A stretch of 64,000 nucleotides of DNA from Planctomycetota bacterium. Lineage in GTDB: Bacteria > Planctomycetota > B15-G4. Below, one piece after another: positions 9,453 to 20,645 of the stretch (its first letter is position 1; each line of letters begins with the position of its first letter). The DNA is taken from contig JBBQUR010000009.1 in the NCBI GenBank assembly GCA_038212275.1, positions 32,001 through 96,000 on the forward strand, read 5' to 3'. The translations under genes were made by a program, and so were the position numbers. The notes under the pieces were generated by a model. It made no database searches and had not been told where the DNA came from. It was given only the letters and a program-made list of their open reading frames with translations.

Positions 9453-10481
9453 ATGAAGATCGTGCTGCCGGGCGGATCCGGTCAGGTGGGGACGGTTCTC
9501 GCGAGGGCCTTCGTCGCCGCGGGTCACGAGGTCGTCGTGCTGAGCCGCGGCGGGGCACGCGCCGGCGTGGGCTCACGCGCCGGCGAACCGGCCGGAGAGT
9601 CCGTGTCGCATGCAGCTCCGGCTTCCGCGTGCTGGCGCAGCGTGGCCTGGGATGCGCGCACGCTCGGGTCCTGGGCCGCCGAGCTGGATGGCGCGGACGT
9701 CGTCATCAACCTCGCGGGCCGCAGCGTGAATTGCCGCTACACAGTTGCCCACCGCGCGGAGATGCTCGACTCGCGCGTGGAGTCGACGCGCGTCGTCGGC
9801 CAGGCGATCGCGCGCGCCCGCCGCCCGCCGCACACCTGGTTGCAGGCGAGCACCGCGACCATCTACGCGCACCGCTTCGACGCGCCCAACGACGAAATCA
9901 CCGGCCTCCTCGGCGGCGGCGAGGCGGGCGCGCCCGACACCTGGCGCTTCAGCATCGAGGTCGCGACGGCCTGGGAACGCGCACTCGCCGAGGCCGTCGT
10001 GCCGCGCACGCGCAAGCTCGCGCTGCGCTCCGCGATGACCATGAGCCCGGACCGCGGCGGCATCTTCGACACGCTGCTGGGCCTCGTGCGGCGCGGCCTC
10101 GGCGGCACCTCGGGCAGCGGGCGCCAGTACATCAGCTGGATACACGAAGACGACTTCGTGGACGCGGTGCGCTGGCTCATCGCGCACGAAGAGCTTGACG
10201 GCGCCGTGAATCTCGCCGCGCCGGTCCCGCTGCCGAACGCGGAGTTCATGGCCGCGCTGCGCCGTGCCTGGGGCGCACGCGTCGGCCTGCCGGCGACGGA
10301 GTGGATGCTCGCGATCGGCGCGCGGCTGATGCACACCGAGACCGAACTGGTCCTCAAGAGCCGGCGCGTCGTTCCCGCGCGGCTGCTACGCTCGGGTTTC
10401 CGCTTTCGCTACCCGGAGTGGCCGGCGGCGGCGGTTGAACTTTGTGCGCGCGTGCGTGCAGCTCAAGCGCGACCCGGTTGA
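9453..10481 (+). CDS. TIGR01777 family NAD-dependent epimerase/oxidoreductase
   Basis: MKIVLPGGSGQVG, INLAGRSV, SRVEST, SWIHEDD and LVLKSRRVVPARL...FRYP motifs. Confidence 0.92.
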   Translation: MKIVLPGGSGQVGTVLARAFVAAGHEVVVLSRGGARAGVGSRAGEPAGESVSHAAPASACWRSVAWDARTLGSWAAELDGADVVINLAGRSVNCRYTVAHRAEMLDSRVESTRVVGQAIARARRPPHTWLQASTATIYAHRFDAPNDEITGLLGGGEAGAPDTWRFSIEVATAWERALAEAVVPRTRKLALRSAMTMSPDRGGIFDTLLGLVRRGLGGTSGSGRQYISWIHEDDFVDAVRWLIAHEELDGAVNLAAPVPLPNAEFMAALRRAWGARVGLPATEWMLAIGARLMHTETELVLKSRRVVPARLLRSGFRFRYPEWPAAAVELCARVRAAQARPG

Positions 10482-10611
10482 CGCCTCTCCGTCCGCCGAG
10501 TTAGCTTGCCCGTGAGGTTCGGGAATCATCTGCCGGGCGCCGTCGGTGTCCTGGCGAGTCATGCAACCCTGCCGGTTCCGAAGCACTCCTGCGTGCATCA
10601 CGGAGACTCCG

Positions 10612-10941
10612 ATGCGCCTGGCCACACGTTATTCGCTCATTCTCGTCGTCCTGGCGGGGGTCGGCTGCACCGGCACGCCGCTGAAAATCCAGACGGCTCC
10701 GCTTCAGCCCAATGAGGAGATCATCGGCCCGGTGCACGGCAACTGCACGGGCATCATGCTCTTCGGTTTCATTCCCATCGATCAGAACGATCGCTTCGAG
10801 GGCGCTTACAAGGAGGCGCTCTCGAGCGTGAATGGCGCGACGCGCATCGTCGACGTGACGATCCAGGAAGACTGGTGGTGGGCGTACATCATGAATGGCT
10901 ACAACTTCCACTACACGGGAACGGCCGTCCGCGCGAAGTGA
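10612..10941 (+). CDS. Small lipoprotein (TRL-like / Bor-like)
   Basis: Lipobox LAGVGC, GGAG SD upstream, and the pattern GNCTGIMLFGFIP...IVDV...TGTAV. Confidence 0.7.
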   Translation: MRLATRYSLILVVLAGVGCTGTPLKIQTAPLQPNEEIIGPVHGNCTGIMLFGFIPIDQNDRFEGAYKEALSSVNGATRIVDVTIQEDWWWAYIMNGYNFHYTGTAVRAK

Positions 10942-10965
10942 TCCGGTGCTCCGGCCCGGACGGGC

Positions 10966-12933
10966 TCAGCGCGCGGCGGGGGCCTGCACCGGACCCGTCG
11001 CGCGCAGCGCCGCATTCAGCGCGGCCGCATCGGCGGGCAGCTTCACCACCTCGCGGTCGTAGGTCATCACGCCGTTGACCTCGATCTCGACGTCGGTGGT
11101 CTGCGTGTAGATCGCGGCGGAGAGGCCTTGCTCGATGAGCGGCGCGAGCTGCGCGACGAGGTCGCGGTAAGCGACGCCGAGCGCGTCGAGCGACTGAAAG
11201 CTGCGGTAACCCCAGTTGTTCTGCGGCAGCCAGGTGTGGCCGGGCAGCGGCAGGCCGAGGCCGCCGAACTCGCCGAGCACGAGCGCGCGGTCGGCCTCGG
11301 GCGCGGGGAGTTTCGGGCCCGGGTAGTCGTGGATATCCGCGACGTCGCCGACATGCATGTCGGTCCAGCCGCTCGCGTTGTCGACGAGGCGCGTCGGGTC
11401 GTGATCCTTCAACCACGCGACCGTGGCCTCGGTCTCGTACTGGCCCCAGCCCTCGTTGAAGGGCACCCACATGACGATGCACGGATGATTGGCCAGCGCG
11501 TCGGTGATGCGGCGCAGCTCGTCGGCGAACTGCGCGCGCGCGACCGGCGTGTCGTTGTGGCCGCTGGGCATGTCCTGCCACACGAGCAGGCCGAGGCGGT
11601 CGCACCACGCATACCAGCGCTCGGGCTCGACCTTGACGTGCTTGCGCGCGAAGTTGAAGCCGAGGCGCAATGTGGTGTCGATGTCGGAGCGCAGCGCGTC
11701 ATCGGTGGGCGCGGTGTACAGGCCATCGGGCCACCAGCCCTGGTCGAGCAGCCCGAACTGGAACAGCGGCTCGTTGTTGAGGAAGAGCCGCGTGATGCCG
11801 GCCTCGTCGCGGCCGAGCGCCATCTTGCGCAGGCCCGCGTAGCTGCGGACGACATCGAGTGGGGCGGTCTCGGGCGCATGCGCGTTGGCCCCGGCTCCGT
11901 CTGCGGCTCCGCCTGCGGGTTCGGTTCCGGCGTCGGCACCGGCGGCGCTTCCCTCGGCGTGCAGGCTCACCTCGAGGTCGTAGAGGAAGGGATCGGCCGG
12001 AGACCACGCGTGTGCGTCGGGCACGTGCAGGACGATGGGCTGGTCCGGCGCGCCATCGGCCGATGCGATCTCGCGCCCTCCGTCGAGCACGACGACATGC
12101 ACGCGTGTTGCGGGATGTGCGGACGTCGCGCGGTCGGGCGCGGCGCTCGAGACGGCGGCAGCGTGTACCGTCGCGTGAACGGTCAGCGTCGCGGCGTCGA
12201 GGTCGGGCACGATGCGCAGCGAGGCGATGCGCGTCGCCGGCACGGGCTCGAGCCACACCGTCTGCCAGATGCCGGTGACGGCCGTGTACCAGATGCCTTC
12301 GGGCGCCAGCACCTGCTTGCCGCGCGGCTGCGGCCCGCGGTCCGTCGGATCGCGCACGGCGACAAGCAGCTCCTGCACGGAGGGCGCCCCCGTGTCGTCG
12401 GGCAGCAGCGCGTCGGTGATGTCGAAGCTGAACGGGTCGTAGCCGCCGCTGTGCGTGCCGACGATGCGGCCGTTCAGGGTGACCTCGGCCGCGTGGTCCA
12501 CGGCGCCGAAGTGCAGCAGCAGCCGGCCATCCTCGGGCAGGGGCGGCGCGACGAAGATGCGCCGATACCACAGCCGCTGCGTGTCGCTCACCGTGCGGCG
12601 CACGCCCGAGAGCTGCGACTCCACCGCGAAGGGCACGAGGATCGTGCCGTCGAAGCTGCCGGCGGCGGGCGCGGGCTCGGCGCCGTCACGGATCGCATAC
12701 TCCCACGGGCCGTTGAGGTTCAGCCACGCCTCGCGCACGAGTTGCGGTCGCGGATACTCGGGCAGCACGTGTCCGGGCGTGACGTCGGCGGCCCAGCGCG
12801 TGCGAAGCGACGGCGCCGCGGGCGAGGCCGGCGCCGGCTCGACGACCTGAACCGGCACTTGCTCCTGCGCATCGGCCGGCGAGACCGGCAGCAAGGTGCA
12901 GAGCGCGCCGAGGGCGATGGTGATGCGGAGCAT
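10966..12933 (-). CDS. Secreted glycoside hydrolase family 2
   Basis: Signal peptide; EYPRPQL, LNLNGPW, LHFGAVD, LDQGWWPDGLYTAP, RKHVKVEP, WVPFNEGWGQ and GEFGG motifs. Confidence 0.93.
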   Translation of the reverse strand: MLRITIALGALCTLLPVSPADAQEQVPVQVVEPAPASPAAPSLRTRWAADVTPGHVLPEYPRPQLVREAWLNLNGPWEYAIRDGAEPAPAAGSFDGTILVPFAVESQLSGVRRTVSDTQRLWYRRIFVAPPLPEDGRLLLHFGAVDHAAEVTLNGRIVGTHSGGYDPFSFDITDALLPDDTGAPSVQELLVAVRDPTDRGPQPRGKQVLAPEGIWYTAVTGIWQTVWLEPVPATRIASLRIVPDLDAATLTVHATVHAAAVSSAAPDRATSAHPATRVHVVVLDGGREIASADGAPDQPIVLHVPDAHAWSPADPFLYDLEVSLHAEGSAAGADAGTEPAGGAADGAGANAHAPETAPLDVVRSYAGLRKMALGRDEAGITRLFLNNEPLFQFGLLDQGWWPDGLYTAPTDDALRSDIDTTLRLGFNFARKHVKVEPERWYAWCDRLGLLVWQDMPSGHNDTPVARAQFADELRRITDALANHPCIVMWVPFNEGWGQYETEATVAWLKDHDPTRLVDNASGWTDMHVGDVADIHDYPGPKLPAPEADRALVLGEFGGLGLPLPGHTWLPQNNWGYRSFQSLDALGVAYRDLVAQLAPLIEQGLSAAIYTQTTDVEIEVNGVMTYDREVVKLPADAAALNAALRATGPVQAPAAR

Positions 12934-12956
12934 GTGCGCGTCGACGCCCGGACGAC

Positions 12957-13961
12957 TCAGTGGCGACCGTCCGCCGCCGGTTCAGGCGCTGGCGCAAGGC
13001 TCGCCAGCAGCTCCGTGATGTCGTCGGCCGACAGGTGTACCGCGGCTGCGCGCAGCATCGCGCCGAAATGCGCGAGTTCTTCGGGCGCGGCGGGGAAGCC
13101 GATGTTGCCCGTGTCCTTGGCGTTGCTGTCGGCCAGCACGTTTCCGTCCGCGGCGATGAACTGGAACCACGGGATGCCGCCGGCCTCGCTTCCGCGATGC
13201 GCGGCCAGCAGCTCCTTGCCACCGAGCGTGCGGTCCACGTCGAGCTTGCAGTCGATGAAGTCGCGGCCGAGCAGCTCGGCGACGCGCGGCTGCGCCATCC
13301 AGTTCTCGAGCTTGTGACACCAGCCGCACCACGGCGCCCCGAAGTGCAGGAAGACGCGCTTGCCCTCCCTGTCCGCCGCGGCGAGCGCCTTGCGGTAGAG
13401 GTCGTCGGCCGGGAGATACGGCGCCTGATGCTGCACGAGGAAGGCCATGACCAGCGCCGGGTCGTGGCCTGGCGTGACGACGCTCGCGGGCACGGCGCCC
13501 GTTGCCTCGGCGACCGGCGTTTCGTTCGCCTTCGTTTCGAGCACGCCGGTCTCCTGGTTGGCGAGCACGCCGCCGCTCGCGTCGAGCACGGTGAGGTACG
13601 GCACGCCCGTGCCCTTCAGATCCGCGCCGTACTTCGCCGCGAGGTCCATGTGCTTGTCGAAGCGGCCGATGTCCACGAGCACGACCTCGTACTCGTAGAG
13701 CAGTTCCTTCTTGATCTCCTTGTTGCCCGCGCACAGCTCGTGCAGCAGGTGGCACCAGCCGCACCAGTTCGCACCCCACTGGATGAGGACCCTCGTGTTG
13801 GCGCTTTCGGCGCGTGCCAGCGCCGCCGCGATCTGCTCCCCGGCGTCCGCGCTCTCGTCGTAGATGGGCGGCTTGCCGGCGGGCGTGGCAGTCTGCGCGA
13901 TCGCCGGCGAAACCGGCAGCACCAGGCAGAGAGCGACGAGGGTCACCGTGATGCGGAACAT
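12957..13961 (-). CDS. Exported protein with two thioredoxin-like domains
   Basis: Signal peptide; two motifs GANWCGWC and GAPWCGWC, each followed by a cis-Pro-like loop (GVP, GIP). Confidence 0.9.
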   Translation of the reverse strand: MFRITVTLVALCLVLPVSPAIAQTATPAGKPPIYDESADAGEQIAAALARAESANTRVLIQWGANWCGWCHLLHELCAGNKEIKKELLYEYEVVLVDIGRFDKHMDLAAKYGADLKGTGVPYLTVLDASGGVLANQETGVLETKANETPVAEATGAVPASVVTPGHDPALVMAFLVQHQAPYLPADDLYRKALAAADREGKRVFLHFGAPWCGWCHKLENWMAQPRVAELLGRDFIDCKLDVDRTLGGKELLAAHRGSEAGGIPWFQFIAADGNVLADSNAKDTGNIGFPAAPEELAHFGAMLRAAAVHLSADDITELLASLAPAPEPAADGRH

Positions 13962-14020
13962 GCGCGTCTCCTGCTGCGGACTGCCGGCTTCGTGCCGAGG
14001 ATGGACATCATGAACTCGTG

Positions 14021-14542
14021 TCAGTGCAGCGTGAGCGCGAGCGCAGACGAGAGCCCTGTCTCGGGCTTGATCGGGAACGAGACCGTGGTGATGAAGGTCG
14101 GCGCGGTCTGCGCGTAGAAGGTCAGGCCGAGCAGCGCCGCGTCATTCGGAACGCTCAGCGTCACGCTGCCGCCGGGCAGCGGCCCGAACACGAACAGCGG
14201 ATTCACGTAGAGGCGGCTGTCGGGCAGGAACTTGGCGGACACGGGGATGCCGACGGGGAAGGATTCGAGGCCGAGAATCAGCAGCTGCTGCGTGAAGTAG
14301 GTGTTGCCGCAGTGAAACTCGTCCGCCGCGTACGAGAAGGTGACGTCGCACGTGGCCGTGTCGAGCGCTGCCAGAAGCGTGCTGGACGAGCACACGCCGG
14401 TGCCCGTGCCGAAGCTCGCCGTGTCGATGCCGGTGAAGTCGCACTGGCCAGCAGCGCGCCCGGAAAGCGGAGCGGCGACGAAGGCTGCGGCAAGCAGCGC
14501 GACGGGCAGAGAACGGATGAGAGCGGTGATGACGGGCTTCAT
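14021..14542 (-). CDS. Secreted hypothetical protein
   Basis: GGAGG SD before ATG 14542, signal peptide ending AAG-Q, coding-like codon pattern. Confidence 0.75.
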   Translation of the reverse strand: MKPVITALIRSLPVALLAAAFVAAPLSGRAAGQCDFTGIDTASFGTGTGVCSSSTLLAALDTATCDVTFSYAADEFHCGNTYFTQQLLILGLESFPVGIPVSAKFLPDSRLYVNPLFVFGPLPGGSVTLSVPNDAALLGLTFYAQTAPTFITTVSFPIKPETGLSSALALTLH

Positions 14543-14685
14543 GAGGCACCTCCGGTACGGCGACAGGATGGAAGAAGTCGCAGCCCCGGCATCCTGACGC
14601 CTCGGAGCCACGCCGCGCGAGTATGCCACGAAGGCCTTCCCACCGGCCGTCGGCGAATGCGCGACCCGGGCGGATGCGCGCGCCG

Positions 14686-14745
14686 GAAGTGCTGAGCGCG
14701 CGCCAGAAGCGCTGAGCGCGCAGCGGAAGCGCTGAGCGCGCAGCG
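14686..14745. repeat. 20-bp intergenic tandem repeat x3
   Basis: gaagtgctgagcgcgcgcca followed by two copies of gaagcgctgagcgcgcagcg, in the divergent promoter region upstream of ettA. Confidence 0.85.
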
Positions 14746-14864
14746 GGGTCCCCCGCGCGCCGGCCCGGCCTCAACCGCTACAATCGCCCGTTCGACGCGG
14801 CGCGACGGATGGTGATCCGGCGGCCGCCTCGCGCAAGACCTCTCGCCGGAAAGACCTGCAGCTC

Positions 14865-16607
<1,743 letters not shown>

Positions 16608-16830
16608 GGCGGGGCATCCGGCCGAGCACGCGGGTGACCGTTGTGGCGTCAGCCTGCTTTCGGCTCGTGAGCGTCGCGCTGCGTCACCAGCGACCCGTGT
16701 GATGGTGAGGCACTGCCTCAACATCACATGGGTCGTCGGCGCCGCGGCGCGGGGTCGGGTTACCATCCGCCGAGGGCTCAGGGCTGCCGAGCCGCTCGGC
16801 TCCACGGCGCGGCGTCCCGCGCGACGGTCA

Positions 16831-18966
16831 TCAGCCCAGTCCCGCGGGGCCGGCCGTGCGCCGGGTCAGCAGGGTCTGCGCGGCGTCGATGGCCTCGTGC
16901 GTGCCGGTCAGGGCGAGGACGTCGTCGGCGTGCAGGATTTCGTGACCGTCCGGCGCGATGAGCTGGTGGCCGCCGCGCACGATGGCCAGCACGGTGGCGC
17001 CCGTGCGGCCGCGCAGGTCCAGTTCGCTCAGGCTGCGGCCCACGGCTCGCGCTTCGGGGGCAAGCCGCAGCCGTCGCAGCGAGCCGATGCCGGGGAGCGC
17101 GCGTTCCACGTCATCCATCGAGGGTGGCGTGCTTGCGCCCGGCACGTCGAACACGCCGTCGCCGTGCGCGGGAGGCGCCGCTCCAGGGGGCGCGTGCATC
17201 CCGCCCGGCGCCATCGTGAGCGCCTCGACGACCATCTGCGCGCCGGCCACGATGTGCTCCTGCAGGTTGGCCGTCTGTCGCCAGAAGCTGAAGGCCGAGA
17301 CGAGCAGCAACGCCACGAGCACCGGCGCGCCGGAAAGCGCCGGCACGAAGGGCTGCGTCACGGCGAGCAGCGGCACGAGCACGGCGAGCATCACGAGCAG
17401 TTGCACCATGACCAGCAGCGCGCGGCGCGGCGCGTCGGCGAAGTCCGCAAGACCGGGCCGAGCGAGCGGCAGCGCTTCCGTCGCGAGCATGAATCCCAGG
17501 CCGTGGACGCAGCGCACGATGCCGAAGGCGAAGGGCAGGCACGCCAGCGCGGCGGTGACGGGCACGAGCCAGCCCAGCAGCCCGGGGCCGACGGGCACGC
17601 GGCCTGCGAGCCAGGCTTCGACGGGATCGTGCACGACCGACGCGCCGACGACGATGCCCGCGAGCAGCGCCGCGTCGAGGATCATCAGTTGCACGAGGCG
17701 CCGGCCCTGACGCCACACGGCGCTGCGGTGCGCCGGCTCGCGCAGCGTTTCGAGCCACGAGCCGTAGAGCGTCACGAAGGTCTGCACGCGGCGCGGCAGG
17801 CGGCGGTCCACCGCCAGTGCGAAGGGCTCCGCGGCGCGCACCATGAGCGGCGTGAGGAAGATGGTCAGCGCGGCGACGGCCACGGTGATGGGCAGCAGCT
17901 CGCGGCCTACCGAGCCGGTGGAAATGCCCAGTGCCGCGATGAGGAAGGAGAACTCGCCGATCGTCACGAGGCTCATGCCGGTCTGCAGCGCGCCGCGCAC
18001 GCCGGCGCCCGCGAGGAAACTGCCGACGCCCGCGCTCAGAATCTGCCCGCTGACGACGACGCCGGTGAGCAGCAGCACCGCGCCCCAGTGCTCGCCGATG
18101 ACCGTCGGCTCCACGCTCATGCCGACCGACACGAAGAAGACGGCCGCAAAGACGTCGCGCAGCGGCGTGACGAGGCGCAGCACGCGCGCCGGCTCGCCGG
18201 ATTCCGCCACGAGCGAACCAGCGAGGAAGGCGCCGAGCGCGACGGAGTAGCCGGCCCAGTGTGCGAGCAGCGCGAACGCGAAACACAATCCGACGCTCGC
18301 GATGAGCAGCACCTCGGGTTTGTGCTGCGCCACGAGCGCGCGGACGAGCCGCGGCACGATGAGGAAACCGCCGACGACGAGCACCGCGAGGAAGGCCACG
18401 AGCCGCCCGAGCGTGGGCAGCAGCAGGTCCGCGTCCACGCCGCGCCCCTTGCCCAGCGCGGTGAGGCCTGCGAGGAGCAGCACCGCGACGAGGTCCTGCA
18501 CGATGAGCACGCCGTAGACGCGTTCGGCGCGGGCGCCGCCGATTTTCTGGTCGTCGAAGACCTTGATGATGACCATCGTGCTGGGCACGGCCACGATCGC
18601 GCCGACGAACACCGAGCCCAGCACCGGGTAGCCGAGGAGCTGCCCCGCGAGGTAGCCCAACCACAGCATCGTCGAGACCTCGATGAGGCACACGATGCCG
18701 GCGCTGGGCACGAGCTTCGCGAGGCGCCGCACCGAGAATTCCAGCCCGATGCAGAACATCACCAGGATGATGCCCAGCTCCGAGAGCGCGGCCACGCGGC
18801 CCTCGTCGGCGAAAAGCAGGAACTGCGTGTGAGGTCCGACGAGCAGCCCGGCCAGCAGGTAGCCGAGCAGCAGCGGCTGCCGCAGCCAGCGCGTGAGCAG
18901 GCTGGTCGCCGCCGCCACGCAGAGCACGATGGCCAGGTCCTGGATGAGCGGGCTGGAGATCTCCAC
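16831..18966 (-). CDS. CPA2 cation:proton antiporter with C-terminal TrkA-C (RCK_C) domain
   Basis: LSELGIILVMFCIGLEFS, LIVQDL, LGAFLAG, FFVSVGM and IGEFSF motifs; C-terminal LDLRGRTGATVLAIVRG. Confidence 0.92.
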   Translation of the reverse strand: MEISSPLIQDLAIVLCVAAATSLLTRWLRQPLLLGYLLAGLLVGPHTQFLLFADEGRVAALSELGIILVMFCIGLEFSVRRLAKLVPSAGIVCLIEVSTMLWLGYLAGQLLGYPVLGSVFVGAIVAVPSTMVIIKVFDDQKIGGARAERVYGVLIVQDLVAVLLLAGLTALGKGRGVDADLLLPTLGRLVAFLAVLVVGGFLIVPRLVRALVAQHKPEVLLIASVGLCFAFALLAHWAGYSVALGAFLAGSLVAESGEPARVLRLVTPLRDVFAAVFFVSVGMSVEPTVIGEHWGAVLLLTGVVVSGQILSAGVGSFLAGAGVRGALQTGMSLVTIGEFSFLIAALGISTGSVGRELLPITVAVAALTIFLTPLMVRAAEPFALAVDRRLPRRVQTFVTLYGSWLETLREPAHRSAVWRQGRRLVQLMILDAALLAGIVVGASVVHDPVEAWLAGRVPVGPGLLGWLVPVTAALACLPFAFGIVRCVHGLGFMLATEALPLARPGLADFADAPRRALLVMVQLLVMLAVLVPLLAVTQPFVPALSGAPVLVALLLVSAFSFWRQTANLQEHIVAGAQMVVEALTMAPGGMHAPPGAAPPAHGDGVFDVPGASTPPSMDDVERALPGIGSLRRLRLAPEARAVGRSLSELDLRGRTGATVLAIVRGGHQLIAPDGHEILHADDVLALTGTHEAIDAAQTLLTRRTAGPAGLG

Positions 18967-19029
18967 GCATCTCGTTTACCAAACCGGAGCGGGGCGCTTA
19001 TCCTTGTCCACCAACCGGGGGTGAAACTC

Positions 19030-20418
19030 ATGCAGGGCAAGTCGAAACTGCTGGCGCTCGCATTCGGCACCGCAGTCGGGCTCGGCGTCGGCACCGGCGC
19101 GCTGGCGATCGCTGCGCGCGGGCCGTTCGCGCCGCCGCCGCCCGCCGACGAACCGCCGCTCAGCGCGGCACAGCGGGAGGCGCGCTGGAAGCGCGAACGG
19201 GCGGAAGCCTTCGACGCGCTCTGTGTGCGAGTGGACGCCCTGCCGGCGCAACGCCCCTTCGACCGTTCGGCCATGCGACCCGAGCCGCCGATCGCGGCGA
19301 CGGAGGAACTGGCCCTGTTGCTGCGCGAACTGCAGGCGGCCGAGGCTCTCTTCCGGCGCGACATGTCGTGGCAGTGCTGGAATCACAGCCGTGAGCTCGC
19401 GGAGCGCCTCGCGCTTTTCCCTTGGCGCTTCGGGAAGGATCCGCGGGAGGTCGACGGCTGGGCGCCCATCGCCGCGGCCGCGAATCGGCTGCTCGCCGAT
19501 GCGGAGGCCACGCCACCCGCGCTGGCGTTCCACCTGGAAGACAGTTACGCCGCGCTGTTCCGCGCGCAGCTGCTGGATCTGGCCGGGCGCCGCGCCGAGG
19601 CCGACAAGGCGCTCGCCGACGTGCGCGTGCAGGCGTGGTGCGGCAACTGCGCCGCCGAGCGGACGGGCGTCGTGAAGAGTCGGCGCGCGGAAGCCGCCGA
19701 GGCTCACGGCGATCCGGTTCAAGCGCTGAGCCTGCTGGATGACTGCGTCAGCTCATTCTTCGACTCCCACCGGCTGAACATCGGCAACGACATCATGCTC
19801 GCGCGCTACGGGCTGCTCATGCTGCAAGGCGGGCGCGAGGCGGAGGGGCGCTGCGTGCTGCAGCTCGTCGCGGAGCTGCGGCCGGGCACGCCCGGCGCGG
19901 AGGTCGCGCGCGCCGCGCTGCTCCAGATGGGCGCCCTCCGCGAGCCGACGCTGGAGCGCCTGTCCCTTATCTGGATCGACGGCGCCGAGGAACGCGATCC
20001 CTACCGCACGGCCGCCGTGTGCGCGATCGCGTCGCTGCAGATTCCCGACGCCTTCGAGCGCCTCGCGGCACGGCGCAAGGCGGGCGACAAGGCGGCGCTC
20101 GCCGGCCTCATCGCGCTGCACGACGAGCGCACGCGGCCGATCCTCGAGAGCGAGCTGTACGAGGGAGACCTTGGCGCGGCGCAGGCGGCCTTCTCCGGCC
20201 TGCACGCGCTGGATGGCACCGCCGAGTCATACCTGCGGCCGTTTCTCGAGCGCCTCGCCGCGCCGCGTGGTGCGCCCGGCCTGCTCGACATCGGCGCGCT
20301 GGACGAGTCGCTCCGCGCCTTCTGCGGCGACGGCCCGGTCCTGGGCCGGGACGAGCAGTTCAAGGACGCGCCCTTCGCGCAAGCATGGCTCGCCTGGCTG
20401 GCGGAGCAGGGACGGTAG
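19030..20418 (+). CDS. Hypothetical exported or anchored helical-repeat protein with a WCGNC motif
   Basis: N-terminal hydrophobic segment, Ala/Leu-rich helical composition, coding-like codon usage. Start could be GTG 19021. Confidence 0.65.
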   Translation: MQGKSKLLALAFGTAVGLGVGTGALAIAARGPFAPPPPADEPPLSAAQREARWKRERAEAFDALCVRVDALPAQRPFDRSAMRPEPPIAATEELALLLRELQAAEALFRRDMSWQCWNHSRELAERLALFPWRFGKDPREVDGWAPIAAAANRLLADAEATPPALAFHLEDSYAALFRAQLLDLAGRRAEADKALADVRVQAWCGNCAAERTGVVKSRRAEAAEAHGDPVQALSLLDDCVSSFFDSHRLNIGNDIMLARYGLLMLQGGREAEGRCVLQLVAELRPGTPGAEVARAALLQMGALREPTLERLSLIWIDGAEERDPYRTAAVCAIASLQIPDAFERLAARRKAGDKAALAGLIALHDERTRPILESELYEGDLGAAQAAFSGLHALDGTAESYLRPFLERLAAPRGAPGLLDIGALDESLRAFCGDGPVLGRDEQFKDAPFAQAWLAWLAEQGR

Positions 20419-20645
20419 GCGCAGGCACGCTGGCCCTGACGCTGCTCGGCACGCCGCGTCACGAGGGATGCGCAGGAGCGGGATGGTCCGGGGCACGTGC
20501 CGCGCCGCGAGTGTGCGCGCATCCGTCGATCGTGCATGGCAGAATGTCGCGCCGCACCGCAGGGCACTGCAGGGCGACTCGCCACCGTGCAGCCTTGCCG
20601 CTTCGTATCGTGACAGCTTCGCCTCCACCGGATGACCGCCGGCGC

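Noticed and set aside
10482..10941. Horizontally acquired island around the small lipoprotein
   Set aside because: The composition is only mildly lower in GC, it involves a single gene, and there are no flanking repeats or mobility genes.
14686..14745. CRISPR or iteron array
   Set aside because: Only three contiguous 20-bp units, with no spacers and no rep or cas gene.
20419..20645. Cobalamin riboswitch upstream of the BtuF-like gene
   Set aside because: I could not find the conserved B12-box or GGGAA/GCCACTG core elements. An Rfam scan would settle it.
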